Below the pieces are notes generated by a model, which saw nothing but the letters and a program-made list of their open reading frames with translations, made no database searches and was not told where the DNA came from. Shown piece after piece: positions 1 through 10,194 of a DNA stretch of 64,000 bases. This DNA comes from a virus. Each line of letters starts with the position of its first letter. Positions within the stretch are counted from its first letter, which is position 1. A program made the position numbers and the translations under genes. The stretch lies in the IMG/VR virus record IMGVR_UViG_3300005613_000051, positions 4,771-68,770 of that record, one strand, 5' to 3'.

Positions 1-275
1 TATAAATAGTTCTCATTCTTTATCTCTTCTTTTTGATATTTTCCCTCAATAGATAAAACCCCATCTTCATAAGTTACATTTAAATCTTCTTTTTTAAAAC
101 CAGGTATCGCTGCTATAATTTCAAAAGAATCTTTTTTTTCTATAAGATTAACTTTAGGATAAGTTTCTTTAAAATCCTTTAATAATAAATTTGTATGAGG
201 TGCTAGTATTGTTTCAAAGAAAGGATTAAAAAAGTCATTAGCATAAGATTTTGAAATAGGTAGTAATTGGTTCAT
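1..275 (-). CDS. Hsp20/alpha-crystallin small heat-shock protein (3' end runs off the window)
   Basis: Not in the ORF track. Manual translation gives MNQLLPISKSYANDFFNPFF...YPKVNLIEKKDSFEIIAAIPGFKKEDLNVTYEDGVLSIEGK, the typical Hsp20 pattern. GGAGG RBS at 281-285 on the minus strand. Confidence 0.9.
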   Translation of the reverse strand, partial: MNQLLPISKSYANDFFNPFFETILAPHTNLLLKDFKETYPKVNLIEKKDSFEIIAAIPGFKKEDLNVTYEDGVLSIEGKYQKEEIKNENYL

Positions 276-403
276 AATTGCCTCCTTTTAATTAGTTATC
301 TATAAATTAAATTTGGTATCATATAAATCAAAGTCAAGAGGGAATATCTTATTAATATTTATAGTCTTTTGAAAAGTATTTTCATTAAAAAAGGTAAGTT
401 ATT

Positions 404-529
404 ATGGATAAAGAGAAAATAATTTCTCAGAGTAAATCTAAAAAAATATCTAATAATAAATTTATAAAAAATACCTTAGACTTCAACAAGAATAGAATTT
501 CAAGTACTTTGTTGAAAATAAAAGTTTGA
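404..529 (+). CDS. small basic hypothetical protein (41 aa)
   Basis: Manual ORF MDKEKIISQSKSKKISNNKF..., preceded by AAGGT and by the putative late-promoter motif at 351-358. Confidence 0.35.
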   Translation: MDKEKIISQSKSKKISNNKFIKNTLDFNKNRISSTLLKIKV

Positions 530-611
530 AACATAAGATTAATTAAGCCATCTAATAAATATATATTTATTAGTAGAACGAGGTATAAGAGAGCTTAAGG
601 ATTAAGAAGTT

Positions 612-3314
612 ATGGGAATTAAAGAAGTCTACGGAGAACCTCTACTATATACTGGACTTATTGGTGCAACAGGACCAATGGGTGCTACAGGTGTAAAAGG
701 TCAAGGTTCTACAGGTTTACCTGGAATTCAAGGTTCTGTTGGTGAAACCGGAATAATGGGTCCTACTGGAGTTGGATTACAAGGAATTCAAGGTGAAACA
801 GGTGTAGAGGGTCCTATAGGTGAAACTGGATTAGGCTTTACAGGTATTGGTATTCAAGGTGAAACTGGATTATCAGGAGTAACAGGTCTAAAAGGAAATC
901 AAGGAGAAACAGGTACTCCGGGTATTCAAGGAAATATTGGATATACTGGATTAATTGGTATAACAGGATTAGTTGGTCTTGTTGGTTATACTGGTCTACA
1001 AGGAATTCAAGGAACTACTGGATATAGAGGAATAAAAGGAGATAGGGGAAATACAGGACCTTTTGGACCAATTGGATATACGGGTTATACAGGATTAAGA
1101 GGTCCAACAGGAGTTGGTTTAAGAGGAGAAACAGGATTACTTGGTCCTATTGGAAAAAGAGGAGAAACAGGATTATCTGGAGTAACTGGACTTATAGGTT
1201 CCACAGGTATTGTAGGACCTAGAGGGTATACTGGTTTTGGTGTTACTGGAATAAAAGGTAGCACAGGATTACAAGGAATTCAAGGTAAAACAGGATTAAT
1301 AGGAGTAACCGGTTTAAAAGGAATTCAAGGTAATCTGGGTAATACTGGTTTACCTGGTTCAACAGGAATTCAAGGTGTAACTGGACCAAAAGGTAAAGGA
1401 GAAACAGGATTAGTTGGTGCTACTGGTATGATTGGGCACACTGGACCTTCTCTTAAAGGTGAAACGGGATTACGAGGTATTAGAGGAGAAACTGGTCTTC
1501 TTGGTCCCACAGGAATGATAGGTCCCACAGGTGCTGGAATTCAAGGTATCACTGGATTAATTGGAGAAAAAGGAGATCAAGGACATACCGGAGTTAGGGG
1601 TCCTGTAGGTTTCACCGGTTTACAAGGTATTCAAGGTATCACAGGTATTGGTATTCAGGGTGATACTGGTGTAAGAGGATTTCAAGGATACATTGGAAGT
1701 ACAGGTTTACCTGGACCTACGGGAATATTTGGTCCAGCAGGACAAACGGGACCACAAGGATATACCGGTTTACAGGGAGTTAAGGGAGATTCAGGAGATG
1801 ATGGTGCAACGGGTATAATAGGAAGAACAGGACATACTGGAGCACAAGGATTAAAAGGAGATAAAGGTGTAAAAGGAGATCAGGGGATTCAAGGAATCAC
1901 TGGTCTATTTGGTCTTCAGGGTCATACAGGTATCCAAGGTATAAAAGGAGATAAAGGAACTACTGGAATTCAAGGAATTCAAGGAGACACTGGATTACAA
2001 GGTATAAGAGGTTATACTGGGATCCAAGGTATTCAAGGTCATACTGGAATGGGTGTGACTGGAATACAGGGACAAAGAGGAATAACGGGATTAGCTATAG
2101 TAGGTGCTACGGGACCTATGGGATTTACTGGAACTCGTGGAATTATAGGACAAACTGGAGCACAAGGTTATACAGGTTTAAGAGGAATAACTGGATTAAA
2201 GGGAGACACGGGTAGTACTGGTGTACAAGGATTTAGAGGATTTAAAGGTGATCGGGGTACAACAGGTGTTCAGGGAATACAGGGATTAACAGGAGTAACT
2301 GGAGCTACAGGTATCCAAGGCTTGGGTTTAACAGGACTTCAAGGAATTAGGGGAGCTACTGGAAGTAAAGGAGATCAGGGTTATACTGGTTTAAGAGGAA
2401 TTAGAGGAGAGACTGGATTATTAGGACCCACAGGTATGCCTGGTTATTCTGGCGACAAAATGTGTTTTCAGCCTAATAATTATATTAACTTTGCTCATTA
2501 TGATATAGTAGAAGATCACTCCATTCTTTTAGGATATTCTCCAAGTCAGTTTGTATCTTCAGGAACTAGAGTAGCCTATCCTTCTGGAAATTATACAAAT
2601 GAAATTGTTTATGGTGATGGTTTTTATAATACATATACTCAAAGTACTTTAAATAAAAGTACTTTTATATTATATCAATTTGATATAAGTACTCTAGTTT
2701 GGGATTTAGTTGATTTGAGTATGCTTTCTGCTCAGATATGGTGTTATACCCAAACCAATTCAATTTCAGTAGTTGTACCCCTTTTAGAAATATATAATAG
2801 TCTCACGGGTGTTTGGGAGATTATAGGTCAAGGGACATATAATCCCGGTGGTTATGAAAGAATAAAAAAACATTTAGATGAATATAACTATACAGTAAGA
2901 GATTATGCTGTAGGATTTAAGGTATATCTAAGATTAAGACCTTCTAGAGCAATAGAATCTGGTGAAAATTTTAATTTATATACGGACTATGTTCAATTAT
3001 GTGCTGACACAAGAATCATAAACCCACCTTTTATAAAAAATGCAATAGAATTTGATTTTTTAACAACTGACTGGATTAATCATGAAATAAAAATACCACA
3101 AGCAATTATCACCGGAGCAGGTCAAATAGGACCCCATCAGTTACCGGTAGGTTATAGTTATGATGTGACTACTTTTAAATATATAGATTCAGATACATTA
3201 AGACCTGTCTTTTGTGGTTATAGAATTGTTAAATCTTCAGGATTAATCACTATTTCAAAATCAGCTAAAGTTCCTAATTTTGATGGTGTAGTACTTATTG
3301 TTGTTGACCCGTAA
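612..3314 (+). CDS. collagen-like fibre protein (about 600 aa of Gly-X-Y, Thr-rich, with globular C-terminal domains)
   Basis: Near-continuous GXY triplets (GxT, GIQ) over about aa 14-615. The last ~100 aa resemble the C-terminus of 3576..4289. Confidence 0.9.
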   Translation: MGIKEVYGEPLLYTGLIGATGPMGATGVKGQGSTGLPGIQGSVGETGIMGPTGVGLQGIQGETGVEGPIGETGLGFTGIGIQGETGLSGVTGLKGNQGETGTPGIQGNIGYTGLIGITGLVGLVGYTGLQGIQGTTGYRGIKGDRGNTGPFGPIGYTGYTGLRGPTGVGLRGETGLLGPIGKRGETGLSGVTGLIGSTGIVGPRGYTGFGVTGIKGSTGLQGIQGKTGLIGVTGLKGIQGNLGNTGLPGSTGIQGVTGPKGKGETGLVGATGMIGHTGPSLKGETGLRGIRGETGLLGPTGMIGPTGAGIQGITGLIGEKGDQGHTGVRGPVGFTGLQGIQGITGIGIQGDTGVRGFQGYIGSTGLPGPTGIFGPAGQTGPQGYTGLQGVKGDSGDDGATGIIGRTGHTGAQGLKGDKGVKGDQGIQGITGLFGLQGHTGIQGIKGDKGTTGIQGIQGDTGLQGIRGYTGIQGIQGHTGMGVTGIQGQRGITGLAIVGATGPMGFTGTRGIIGQTGAQGYTGLRGITGLKGDTGSTGVQGFRGFKGDRGTTGVQGIQGLTGVTGATGIQGLGLTGLQGIRGATGSKGDQGYTGLRGIRGETGLLGPTGMPGYSGDKMCFQPNNYINFAHYDIVEDHSILLGYSPSQFVSSGTRVAYPSGNYTNEIVYGDGFYNTYTQSTLNKSTFILYQFDISTLVWDLVDLSMLSAQIWCYTQTNSISVVVPLLEIYNSLTGVWEIIGQGTYNPGGYERIKKHLDEYNYTVRDYAVGFKVYLRLRPSRAIESGENFNLYTDYVQLCADTRIINPPFIKNAIEFDFLTTDWINHEIKIPQAIITGAGQIGPHQLPVGYSYDVTTFKYIDSDTLRPVFCGYRIVKSSGLITISKSAKVPNFDGVVLIVVDP

Positions 3315-3352
3315 TATAATACTAATATTCTAGATATTGTAGATACAATTCT

Positions 3353-3562
3353 ATGGACACTGACAAGAAAAAAGTAAAAAAAGCAACTGAACAGTTATCG
3401 GAGAGGGTAGATGCTCTAGAGGTAGCTCTTCTTTTGCTCCTTAACAGTTTAAGAAATGTTAAGAGCATAGAAGGGAATAAAGAAGAATACTTAGTAATTG
3501 GAAAAATACCTGAAACTACACTACTCACGATAGAAAGTATTATTGTGAAAAATAAAATTTAA
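3353..3562 (+). CDS. hypothetical protein
   Basis: 69 aa ORF in operon orientation. Confidence 0.6.
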   Translation: MDTDKKKVKKATEQLSERVDALEVALLLLLNSLRNVKSIEGNKEEYLVIGKIPETTLLTIESIIVKNKI

Positions 3563-3575
3563 AATAGGAGGCTTT

Positions 3576-4289
3576 ATGGCAATCGCACATTACACACACA
3601 TCTTTTCCGCAGCAGGCTTTTCTGGCGAGCAATTTGATATTGCAGCAGGACCAGAAGATACTGGAATTATTGATGTACTTTTAAGTGTTGGAGATGGTGC
3701 TTTAACAGAAGATGCACCCCATGTTTTAATATCTACTGGATCTTTAGGAGGAGCAAGAAATTTAGATATTTCTGGACTTGAATCCGAAAGTGCAGAGAAA
3801 GGTGGACAAGCTCTTGACGGTAGATTTTTCTATCTGTCTGTTCAAAATACAGATATCACTACTTATAGTATTACAGTTTCTGGTGGAGCTACTATTAATG
3901 GAAGTGCTACTTTTACTATCAGCAATGAAGGTGATTATCTTTTTCATCATGTCACTGGTGGAGTTTGGAGAGTTAACATACTTCCAAGACCTGCAGAAAA
4001 ATTAGCTACTTTAGCTAGAATTCCTTTTACTACTTCTGATTGGACTTCCGGAACTGCTGATATGATTAAGATTCTTCAAACAGGTAGTCCTGCAGCGGGT
4101 GAAGTAGGTCCACATGATATAACTGTAGCAGCTTCATATGTTGTTCAAGTTATCAATACTGACCTCACACCTGATGAATTAGTAGATGTTGAAGTACAAT
4201 ATGCCGCTAATGGTGATATTACTTTAAGAAAAGCTAAAAAAGCTCCTGATTTCAATGGTGTTGCTATTATTGTTGGAACTTTAGACTAA
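3576..4289 (+). CDS. putative virion structural or decoration protein
   Basis: Strong AGGAGG RBS, Gly/Ala/Thr-rich beta composition, C-terminal domain shared with the collagen protein. Confidence 0.65.
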   Translation: MAIAHYTHIFSAAGFSGEQFDIAAGPEDTGIIDVLLSVGDGALTEDAPHVLISTGSLGGARNLDISGLESESAEKGGQALDGRFFYLSVQNTDITTYSITVSGGATINGSATFTISNEGDYLFHHVTGGVWRVNILPRPAEKLATLARIPFTTSDWTSGTADMIKILQTGSPAAGEVGPHDITVAASYVVQVINTDLTPDELVDVEVQYAANGDITLRKAKKAPDFNGVAIIVGTLD

Positions 4290-4315
4290 TTTGAGACTTT
4301 AAACGGAGTTTAGAC

Positions 4316-4507
4316 ATGAGTATTTTAGAAAAAAATAAAGAATTAAAAGCATCAATTGAACAAATGACTATTGAAGAAAAAGCTATTAAAGCTAGAATAA
4401 ATGAGCTTAAAAATTTAATTGAAGAGAAAAAAAGAAAAACTGTAGCATTAGATGCTGCAAAAAAAGAAGAAGCTGCTTTACTAAAAGAGTTAGAAAGCTT
4501 GATGTAA
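4316..4507 (+). CDS. small coiled-coil protein
   Basis: K/E/L heptad pattern, GGAG RBS. Confidence 0.7.
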   Translation: MSILEKNKELKASIEQMTIEEKAIKARINELKNLIEEKKRKTVALDAAKKEEAALLKELESLM

Positions 4508-4520
4508 TATTTCTTTTGAA

Positions 4521-4554
4521 ATAAATGAAGGGGATTTTTATCCCCTTCATTTAT
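4521..4554. terminator. intrinsic terminator-like hairpin
   Basis: Perfect 15-bp inverted repeat ATAAATGAAGGGGAT-TTTT-ATCCCCTTCATTTAT just after the stop at 4507. Confidence 0.75.
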
Positions 4555-4586
4555 ATACTTTAGAGATTTATATTTAGGGACAGTAC

Positions 4587-5456
4587 ATGGCTAAGGAATT
4601 TTATCAGCTCATTCGTAGTTTTGGTGGTTTGTCTCTAGAGTATTCTTCTATCAGCGAATCAGATTTTGCTGAATCCTCTGGAACAGCGTACACTCCACCA
4701 GAAAGAGGCGATTATAGACGAATTACAGGATCAAGAGAAATACAATTACTCTCGGATGCTCCTGGTGTAATTGAAACTTTTCAGACATCTGCATCTGGGG
4801 ATTTATTTCTTCCAGCAAATACTGTAGCAGATAACACAAATGATGCTGGAAATGGTCGACTTTTCTTTGTAAAAAATTCAGGAACTCAAGATTTAGGAAT
4901 AAAAGATTACTTAGGTAATTCTTTACAAGTAATGCCTGCAGATACTGTTGTCATAGCTGTTGGAAATGAAGCTAATAACTGGGATATTTATTTTAAAGCA
5001 GATGATATTTATTTTGATAATTCTATATTAAATTGGCCTATATCAGAGGATACTGTACAAAAAGCTATTGAGTATACATATAGTAATGCCACAGGAAACA
5101 TTAAGCCAAGATTTACATTAACCTTAATTAATAATGGTACTGTAAGTAATAATCAATGGATAACTTTTTCGGAACTTACTCCAGATGTCTGGATTCAATT
5201 TCCTTTAGATTGTGAAATAAAAGAATTTACGTTTGATAATTCACGTTCTAACACTAGTTTTGATTTAGAATTTTATAAAAATTCTACAGTGGGTGCTCCT
5301 TATCGAACACTTTCCATCGTAACAACACAATATGGTTATTATAGTGGTTGGTCAGATAGTTTTAATGCTGGGGATAGATTAAGAATTAGGTATACTGATC
5401 AAGGAGTAAACGCTAGTGACTTGGTTTGTGTACTTTATTGTGTAGCAAGGGTATAG
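4587..5456 (+). CDS. putative virion fibre or decoration protein
   Basis: C-terminal domain (PRF...DLEFYKN...FNAGD) shared with 5461 and 7038. The 'DTVQKAIE' segment resembles fibre neck motifs. Confidence 0.6.
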   Translation: MAKEFYQLIRSFGGLSLEYSSISESDFAESSGTAYTPPERGDYRRITGSREIQLLSDAPGVIETFQTSASGDLFLPANTVADNTNDAGNGRLFFVKNSGTQDLGIKDYLGNSLQVMPADTVVIAVGNEANNWDIYFKADDIYFDNSILNWPISEDTVQKAIEYTYSNATGNIKPRFTLTLINNGTVSNNQWITFSELTPDVWIQFPLDCEIKEFTFDNSRSNTSFDLEFYKNSTVGAPYRTLSIVTTQYGYYSGWSDSFNAGDRLRIRYTDQGVNASDLVCVLYCVARV

Positions 5457-5460
5457 GAAT

Positions 5461-7023
5461 ATGGATATTCTTATAAAAATTTTAAAGAATAATAGTGGTG
5501 CTCCTTTAGAACTTTTAGGAGTTTCAGATATAGCTCATGGTGAGCAAATAGAAGTAAACCCTAGTAAATGGATTGAATTAATTGAAAGAGTAGAAATTCA
5601 TGATTTGGTAGCTTCTGGGGACATCATCGTTAATGATGGTGTAAGTGATTTAAATATTGATGCTGCTTTAAGACATATTAAGAAATTGTTTGTTGATTAT
5701 GCTCCATTAACAAAAGATCCTACTGGTTTTGAAAATCTAGAATATTCAAGTATATCTTTTAATGATAGCAATAGCACATTTTCTATTACTCCTACTAATG
5801 CTTCTGGTTTTGACTTTTATATAAGAGGTGTTCGTTATAATAAATCCTCAACAGATAACTTAGTTCTTCCGGATATTGAAGGCAATTTTCATATTTTTTA
5901 TAATATGTCTGGAATTTTAAGTTATAGTGAAGGAATTGAACATGATGATGCAAACACTGAAACCGCTTCTATTGCAGACCTCTATTGGGATTCTACTAAT
6001 AAAAAAGCAATTAATCTGTGTGAAGAAAGACACGGTGTTTCTATGCCTTGGGCAACACATCGTAGATTTTCGGATATAGAGGGTTTACAAGTATCCGTTG
6101 GTGACTTTGAAGCTATAAACACCACTCCCAATGGAGATGGTTCCTTGGATATTCATGCTCAAATGGGCTTTACCGAGGGAAGTATTTACGATGGGGGTTT
6201 ACTACACCATGTTGTTACTTCTTCTACCCCAACCCTTCCTTTTGAACAAAGACTTCAAACTTATGCATATATTCCTTTATATTATATAGAGGGGAGTGGA
6301 ACTATTAAATGGCGAAAATTAGAAGCTACCCCTTTCCCGATGGCTTGGGATGCGGGTAATCTAGTTAGATATAACTACTGGAATGGTTCTACTTGGTCTT
6401 TAGCTAATGCTGATGAAGGTTCTGTGCTTTGCACCTATATATTGGCTACGAATAACATACATGAACCTATTATTGGGTTGGTTGGCCAAGCTAAAAGTAC
6501 TAATTTAATTCAAGCTTTGGAAGAAAACAGGCATAAAGATTTAGAACTTAATAATTTTCCTTTTGATGATTATCTCTTTTTAAGTAGAATATTCTTTGAT
6601 ACTAAAAATTCTTACACTAATCAACCAAAAGCATCTAATCTTATCCCTGCTGATTTAATTTATGGAATTGAAAATCCTGATAGATATGCTTTTCAGGGAC
6701 AAATTAATGGTAATGCAGGGATAGGAAAATACTTAGAATTATTCTGGGGTATTGATTCTAATGAAGCTCCTTTTATTTTTCCAGAAAATTCATATATGAG
6801 AACAATTACCCTACATACTTCTGCACTTAGCACTGGAACTATAGGATTTTTTAATACCTTGGATTTAGTAAATCCTATTTTTGAATTATCTATGACTAAT
6901 CAAGATAATCAAAGATATAATGTGTCCTATTATTTTTATGCAGGAGACGAAATTTGTATGAGAATAACTGCAGGAAGTTTTCAAAAACCAACTTTAAGAA
7001 TATGGATTCAAACTGATTTGTAA
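5461..7023 (+). CDS. putative virion fibre or decoration protein
   Basis: N-terminal domain shared with 7038 and 7651; C-terminal F.AGD domain shared with 4587 and 7038. Confidence 0.6.
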   Translation: MDILIKILKNNSGAPLELLGVSDIAHGEQIEVNPSKWIELIERVEIHDLVASGDIIVNDGVSDLNIDAALRHIKKLFVDYAPLTKDPTGFENLEYSSISFNDSNSTFSITPTNASGFDFYIRGVRYNKSSTDNLVLPDIEGNFHIFYNMSGILSYSEGIEHDDANTETASIADLYWDSTNKKAINLCEERHGVSMPWATHRRFSDIEGLQVSVGDFEAINTTPNGDGSLDIHAQMGFTEGSIYDGGLLHHVVTSSTPTLPFEQRLQTYAYIPLYYIEGSGTIKWRKLEATPFPMAWDAGNLVRYNYWNGSTWSLANADEGSVLCTYILATNNIHEPIIGLVGQAKSTNLIQALEENRHKDLELNNFPFDDYLFLSRIFFDTKNSYTNQPKASNLIPADLIYGIENPDRYAFQGQINGNAGIGKYLELFWGIDSNEAPFIFPENSYMRTITLHTSALSTGTIGFFNTLDLVNPIFELSMTNQDNQRYNVSYYFYAGDEICMRITAGSFQKPTLRIWIQTDL

Positions 7024-7037
7024 TGGAATAGTGATAT

Positions 7038-7631
7038 ATGGCTACTAAGAAAATAAAAAACAATGCAGAGATTTACAAAGTTTGGGGAGGGGTACACTTT
7101 ACCCCAGATATGGAGTACTCTCTTCAACCGGGAGAAATATCTAAATTTGTAAAGGATTCCTCATTTAAAACTGCACTCTCTACGGGAGATGCCTCTATTA
7201 TTAAAGGAACTGAAACACTATCAGTAAGTGAAGCTACTATTTTATCAGAAGCTAGATATAACTCAGAGGATGCCCTTCCTAGATTTGCTATTTCCTACGT
7301 ACACCCTAATAATCTTAATAATGATTGGTTATCTTTAACAGATAATTCTTCTTACTTAATAGAAAGAGTGATAACCACTGATTGTCAATTAATAGCTGCG
7401 GGTTTTTTAAACTTTACTAATGAAGTATCATTAGACTTAGAATTTTATAAGAATGGAACAAAAGTTTATACTTGGGAAATTAGATTAGGTTCAGAAGAAA
7501 AAAAGAAAACACATAATTTAGTTTCTGAACTTATTTTTGAAGCTGGAGATACTTTTAAAGTATTTGGAAGGGGACAAGGAATTACAGCACAAAATGTGAC
7601 ACTAGATATATTATTTCAAAATTTAGGTTAG
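7038..7631 (+). CDS. putative virion protein (two shared domains)
   Basis: IKNN...GDA.I..G N-domain plus PRF...DLEFYKN...FEAGD C-domain. Confidence 0.6.
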   Translation: MATKKIKNNAEIYKVWGGVHFTPDMEYSLQPGEISKFVKDSSFKTALSTGDASIIKGTETLSVSEATILSEARYNSEDALPRFAISYVHPNNLNNDWLSLTDNSSYLIERVITTDCQLIAAGFLNFTNEVSLDLEFYKNGTKVYTWEIRLGSEEKKKTHNLVSELIFEAGDTFKVFGRGQGITAQNVTLDILFQNLG

Positions 7632-7650
7632 TGATAGAGGATAAGATTTT

Positions 7651-8664
7651 ATGGCTATAACACTTTTTATAAAAAACATAGACACTGAAGTAAACACTTG
7701 GGTGAATCATGAATTTCAGCCTAATGAGGAATGGGAAGTACCCTCTTCTAGACTTGAAGCTGCTAGAAATGATGTCCTTTTTTTACAAGATTTAGCTAAT
7801 GGTAAAGCATCTATAAGCAATGGTTCATCATATTTCAGTGATTTTTCTTTAGCTTCTAAATATTTATTTGGAGGTATCACAGAACTAACTAATATAGATA
7901 TCACTTCATCAGAAAAAGCTCTTAAAGTTACTCCAACAAAATTAGAGGGTAGTTCTACTCTTAAAATTTCTCATAATTATTGTGATAAAACTACTTGGTA
8001 TACTGAAAGTGTTGAAGTAACCAGTGAAACTCTTTCTGTAAGTGGTGCTGGTAATCTAGTATTCATGTCATTACATGAAGACTGGATTGATTTGACCCAC
8101 GGTAAAGTTCCTTATGAAGCAAGAATAGCTGCGGATTATTCTCCTGTTATAAGTGTAGATGATGTTCCTTTAACAGGTGACGCTGCTTCTGGGTTTACTA
8201 TAAATTATGAAGAAGGTAGTGTTACTTTCTTGTCAGAACAAACGGGAACAGTAAAAGCACACTATCACTATGCTGATGGCAGTGGTTGGTTTATTGAACC
8301 TGATCCTGGAAAAATATTAAAAATTATAGGTACTGAAGTAAAATTTACTGAGGATTCTGTAATTGATATGGATCATGCTATTATTTTTCAGTTATATATT
8401 TTTGGAGGAACCGTACCTTATGGCGAACCCACTATTTATAATAATTTAGAAGATATAATCAAATGTTCTATGGGAGAATCTTATGTAATTCCTGCATTTG
8501 GAGTTATGCCTAAAAAAGTTATTGTACTTCCTTTTGATTATATTACTTCTAAAGATTTACCTAGCTCTTTAGGAGCAGTGATTAAAATAAAACTAGCAGA
8601 GGATACTCCTGTAGAAGGAACTTTTGGAATTGTTTCAGCACATTGTATAAGTGTGAATGAATAA
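7651..8664 (+). CDS. putative virion protein, paralogue of 8677..9660
   Basis: Shares PTKLEGSSTLK.SH..CDKTTWYT, HGKVPYE, PYGEPTIY and PFDYITSKDL with the next gene. Confidence 0.7.
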   Translation: MAITLFIKNIDTEVNTWVNHEFQPNEEWEVPSSRLEAARNDVLFLQDLANGKASISNGSSYFSDFSLASKYLFGGITELTNIDITSSEKALKVTPTKLEGSSTLKISHNYCDKTTWYTESVEVTSETLSVSGAGNLVFMSLHEDWIDLTHGKVPYEARIAADYSPVISVDDVPLTGDAASGFTINYEEGSVTFLSEQTGTVKAHYHYADGSGWFIEPDPGKILKIIGTEVKFTEDSVIDMDHAIIFQLYIFGGTVPYGEPTIYNNLEDIIKCSMGESYVIPAFGVMPKKVIVLPFDYITSKDLPSSLGAVIKIKLAEDTPVEGTFGIVSAHCISVNE

Positions 8665-8676
8665 GGGGATATAAAA

Positions 8677-9660
8677 ATGGCAACATATAGTTATACTAAG
8701 TACATTGATGATGATCGTTTAGCATTAGAAATTAGAAATAGTGCTATTACAATAGCATTAGATTCTGTGGAGATTACTGGAGAAGAAACAGTAGATATTG
8801 CTTTCAAAGCAAATTTACCAGAAGGAGATAAAGCACTTTTAGATTATCTTGTAGAAACACATATTAATCAACCTATTACGGTTAGGGATAGTGTAGTATT
8901 AGAAAATGTGGATATAACTTCAAATGTAGAGCGAGCTATAAAAATGGCTCCAACTAAGCTTGAAGGATCATCCACTCTAAAAGTTTCTCATGACTTTTGT
9001 GACAAAACTACATGGTATACTGGAAGTATTAGAATTGAGAATGAAATTCTTATTACACAGGATAGTCTCACCTATACTGCTCTTCATGATTTTTGGATAG
9101 ATTTAGAACATGGTAAAGTTCCTTATGAAGATCGTGTTTCTGCTGAATATGTACCTGTAGTTAAAGTTAATGGAGAAATAGTTACCGAGGGTTTTGTTAT
9201 AGATTATGCTAATGGTGAAGTTATCTTTTCTCAAGATATGAGCGGTTCTGAGATTACTGCTAGCTATAGCTATGCTAATGAGTCTACTTGGAATATTGCT
9301 CCAGATTCAAATAAAATTTTAAAAATTTTAGGAACTACGCTTAAATTTACTAATGATATTCTTTTAGGAGAGGGACAGTATATTATGTTCCAACTTTTTG
9401 TTATGGGAAATCCTTATGGAGAACCTACTATTTATAAAAATATTAAAGATATCGTTAAATGTACTATGGCATCCCCCACTACTATTCAGGGTTTCGGAGA
9501 TATTACTTCTGAGGTAACTTTTTTACCATTTGATTATATTACTTCTAAGGATCTTAAAAGTTCTTTAAATATGGAAATAAGAATTTGGCTTAGTAATCAT
9601 AACCCATGTTCTGGTGAATTTGGTATCGTTACCGCAAATTGTTTAAGTATTAACGAATAA
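8677..9660 (+). CDS. putative virion protein, paralogue of 7651..8664 with a different N-terminus
   Basis: Same C-terminal ~250 aa motifs as the previous gene. Confidence 0.7.
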   Translation: MATYSYTKYIDDDRLALEIRNSAITIALDSVEITGEETVDIAFKANLPEGDKALLDYLVETHINQPITVRDSVVLENVDITSNVERAIKMAPTKLEGSSTLKVSHDFCDKTTWYTGSIRIENEILITQDSLTYTALHDFWIDLEHGKVPYEDRVSAEYVPVVKVNGEIVTEGFVIDYANGEVIFSQDMSGSEITASYSYANESTWNIAPDSNKILKILGTTLKFTNDILLGEGQYIMFQLFVMGNPYGEPTIYKNIKDIVKCTMASPTTIQGFGDITSEVTFLPFDYITSKDLKSSLNMEIRIWLSNHNPCSGEFGIVTANCLSINE

Positions 9661-9675
9661 GGATATTAAACTATA

Positions 9676-10194
9676 ATGCAAATTATCGCTGCTGAAGGAA
9701 ATACGTTTTCTTCTAAAGTTATTAAGTTTATTTCAGGTTATGCTAAATCTCATGTAGCTCTACGTTATAGTGGTAATAAAGATCAATGGTTAATACATTC
9801 TAGAACTGGTGGAGTACAACCAGAATGGTGGCATAGATTTCAAGAGCATTTTATTAATTTATATCAATGGGAAACCCATATTCTAGTTGCGGAAGAAGCT
9901 GCAGATAATATTATTCAAAGTATTGGTATCAAAAAATATGATCATTTTTCCTTATATGGTTTTGGAATTTATCTTTTATTAAAAAGAATAGGAATTAAAC
10001 TTTCTAAAAATCCTTTTGGAAATCCAAATAAATTCATGTGTACTGAAGTAATCATAGCTTGGATAAGAGAATGTAAAAAATTGGATCCTGCTTTAGAAAT
10101 AGAAGAAAATTTTGATACGGAATTGACTAGTGTAGAAGATATTGTGAAATTCCTAGATTCTTACCCATTTTATTTTAAAAGGATTTTACAATGA
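9676..10194 (+). CDS. permuted papain-like NlpC/P60 (YiiX/YaeF-type) amidase
   Basis: His before Cys order: SHVAL, KKYD, FMCTE. Confidence 0.7.
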   Translation: MQIIAAEGNTFSSKVIKFISGYAKSHVALRYSGNKDQWLIHSRTGGVQPEWWHRFQEHFINLYQWETHILVAEEAADNIIQSIGIKKYDHFSLYGFGIYLLLKRIGIKLSKNPFGNPNKFMCTEVIIAWIRECKKLDPALEIEENFDTELTSVEDIVKFLDSYPFYFKRILQ

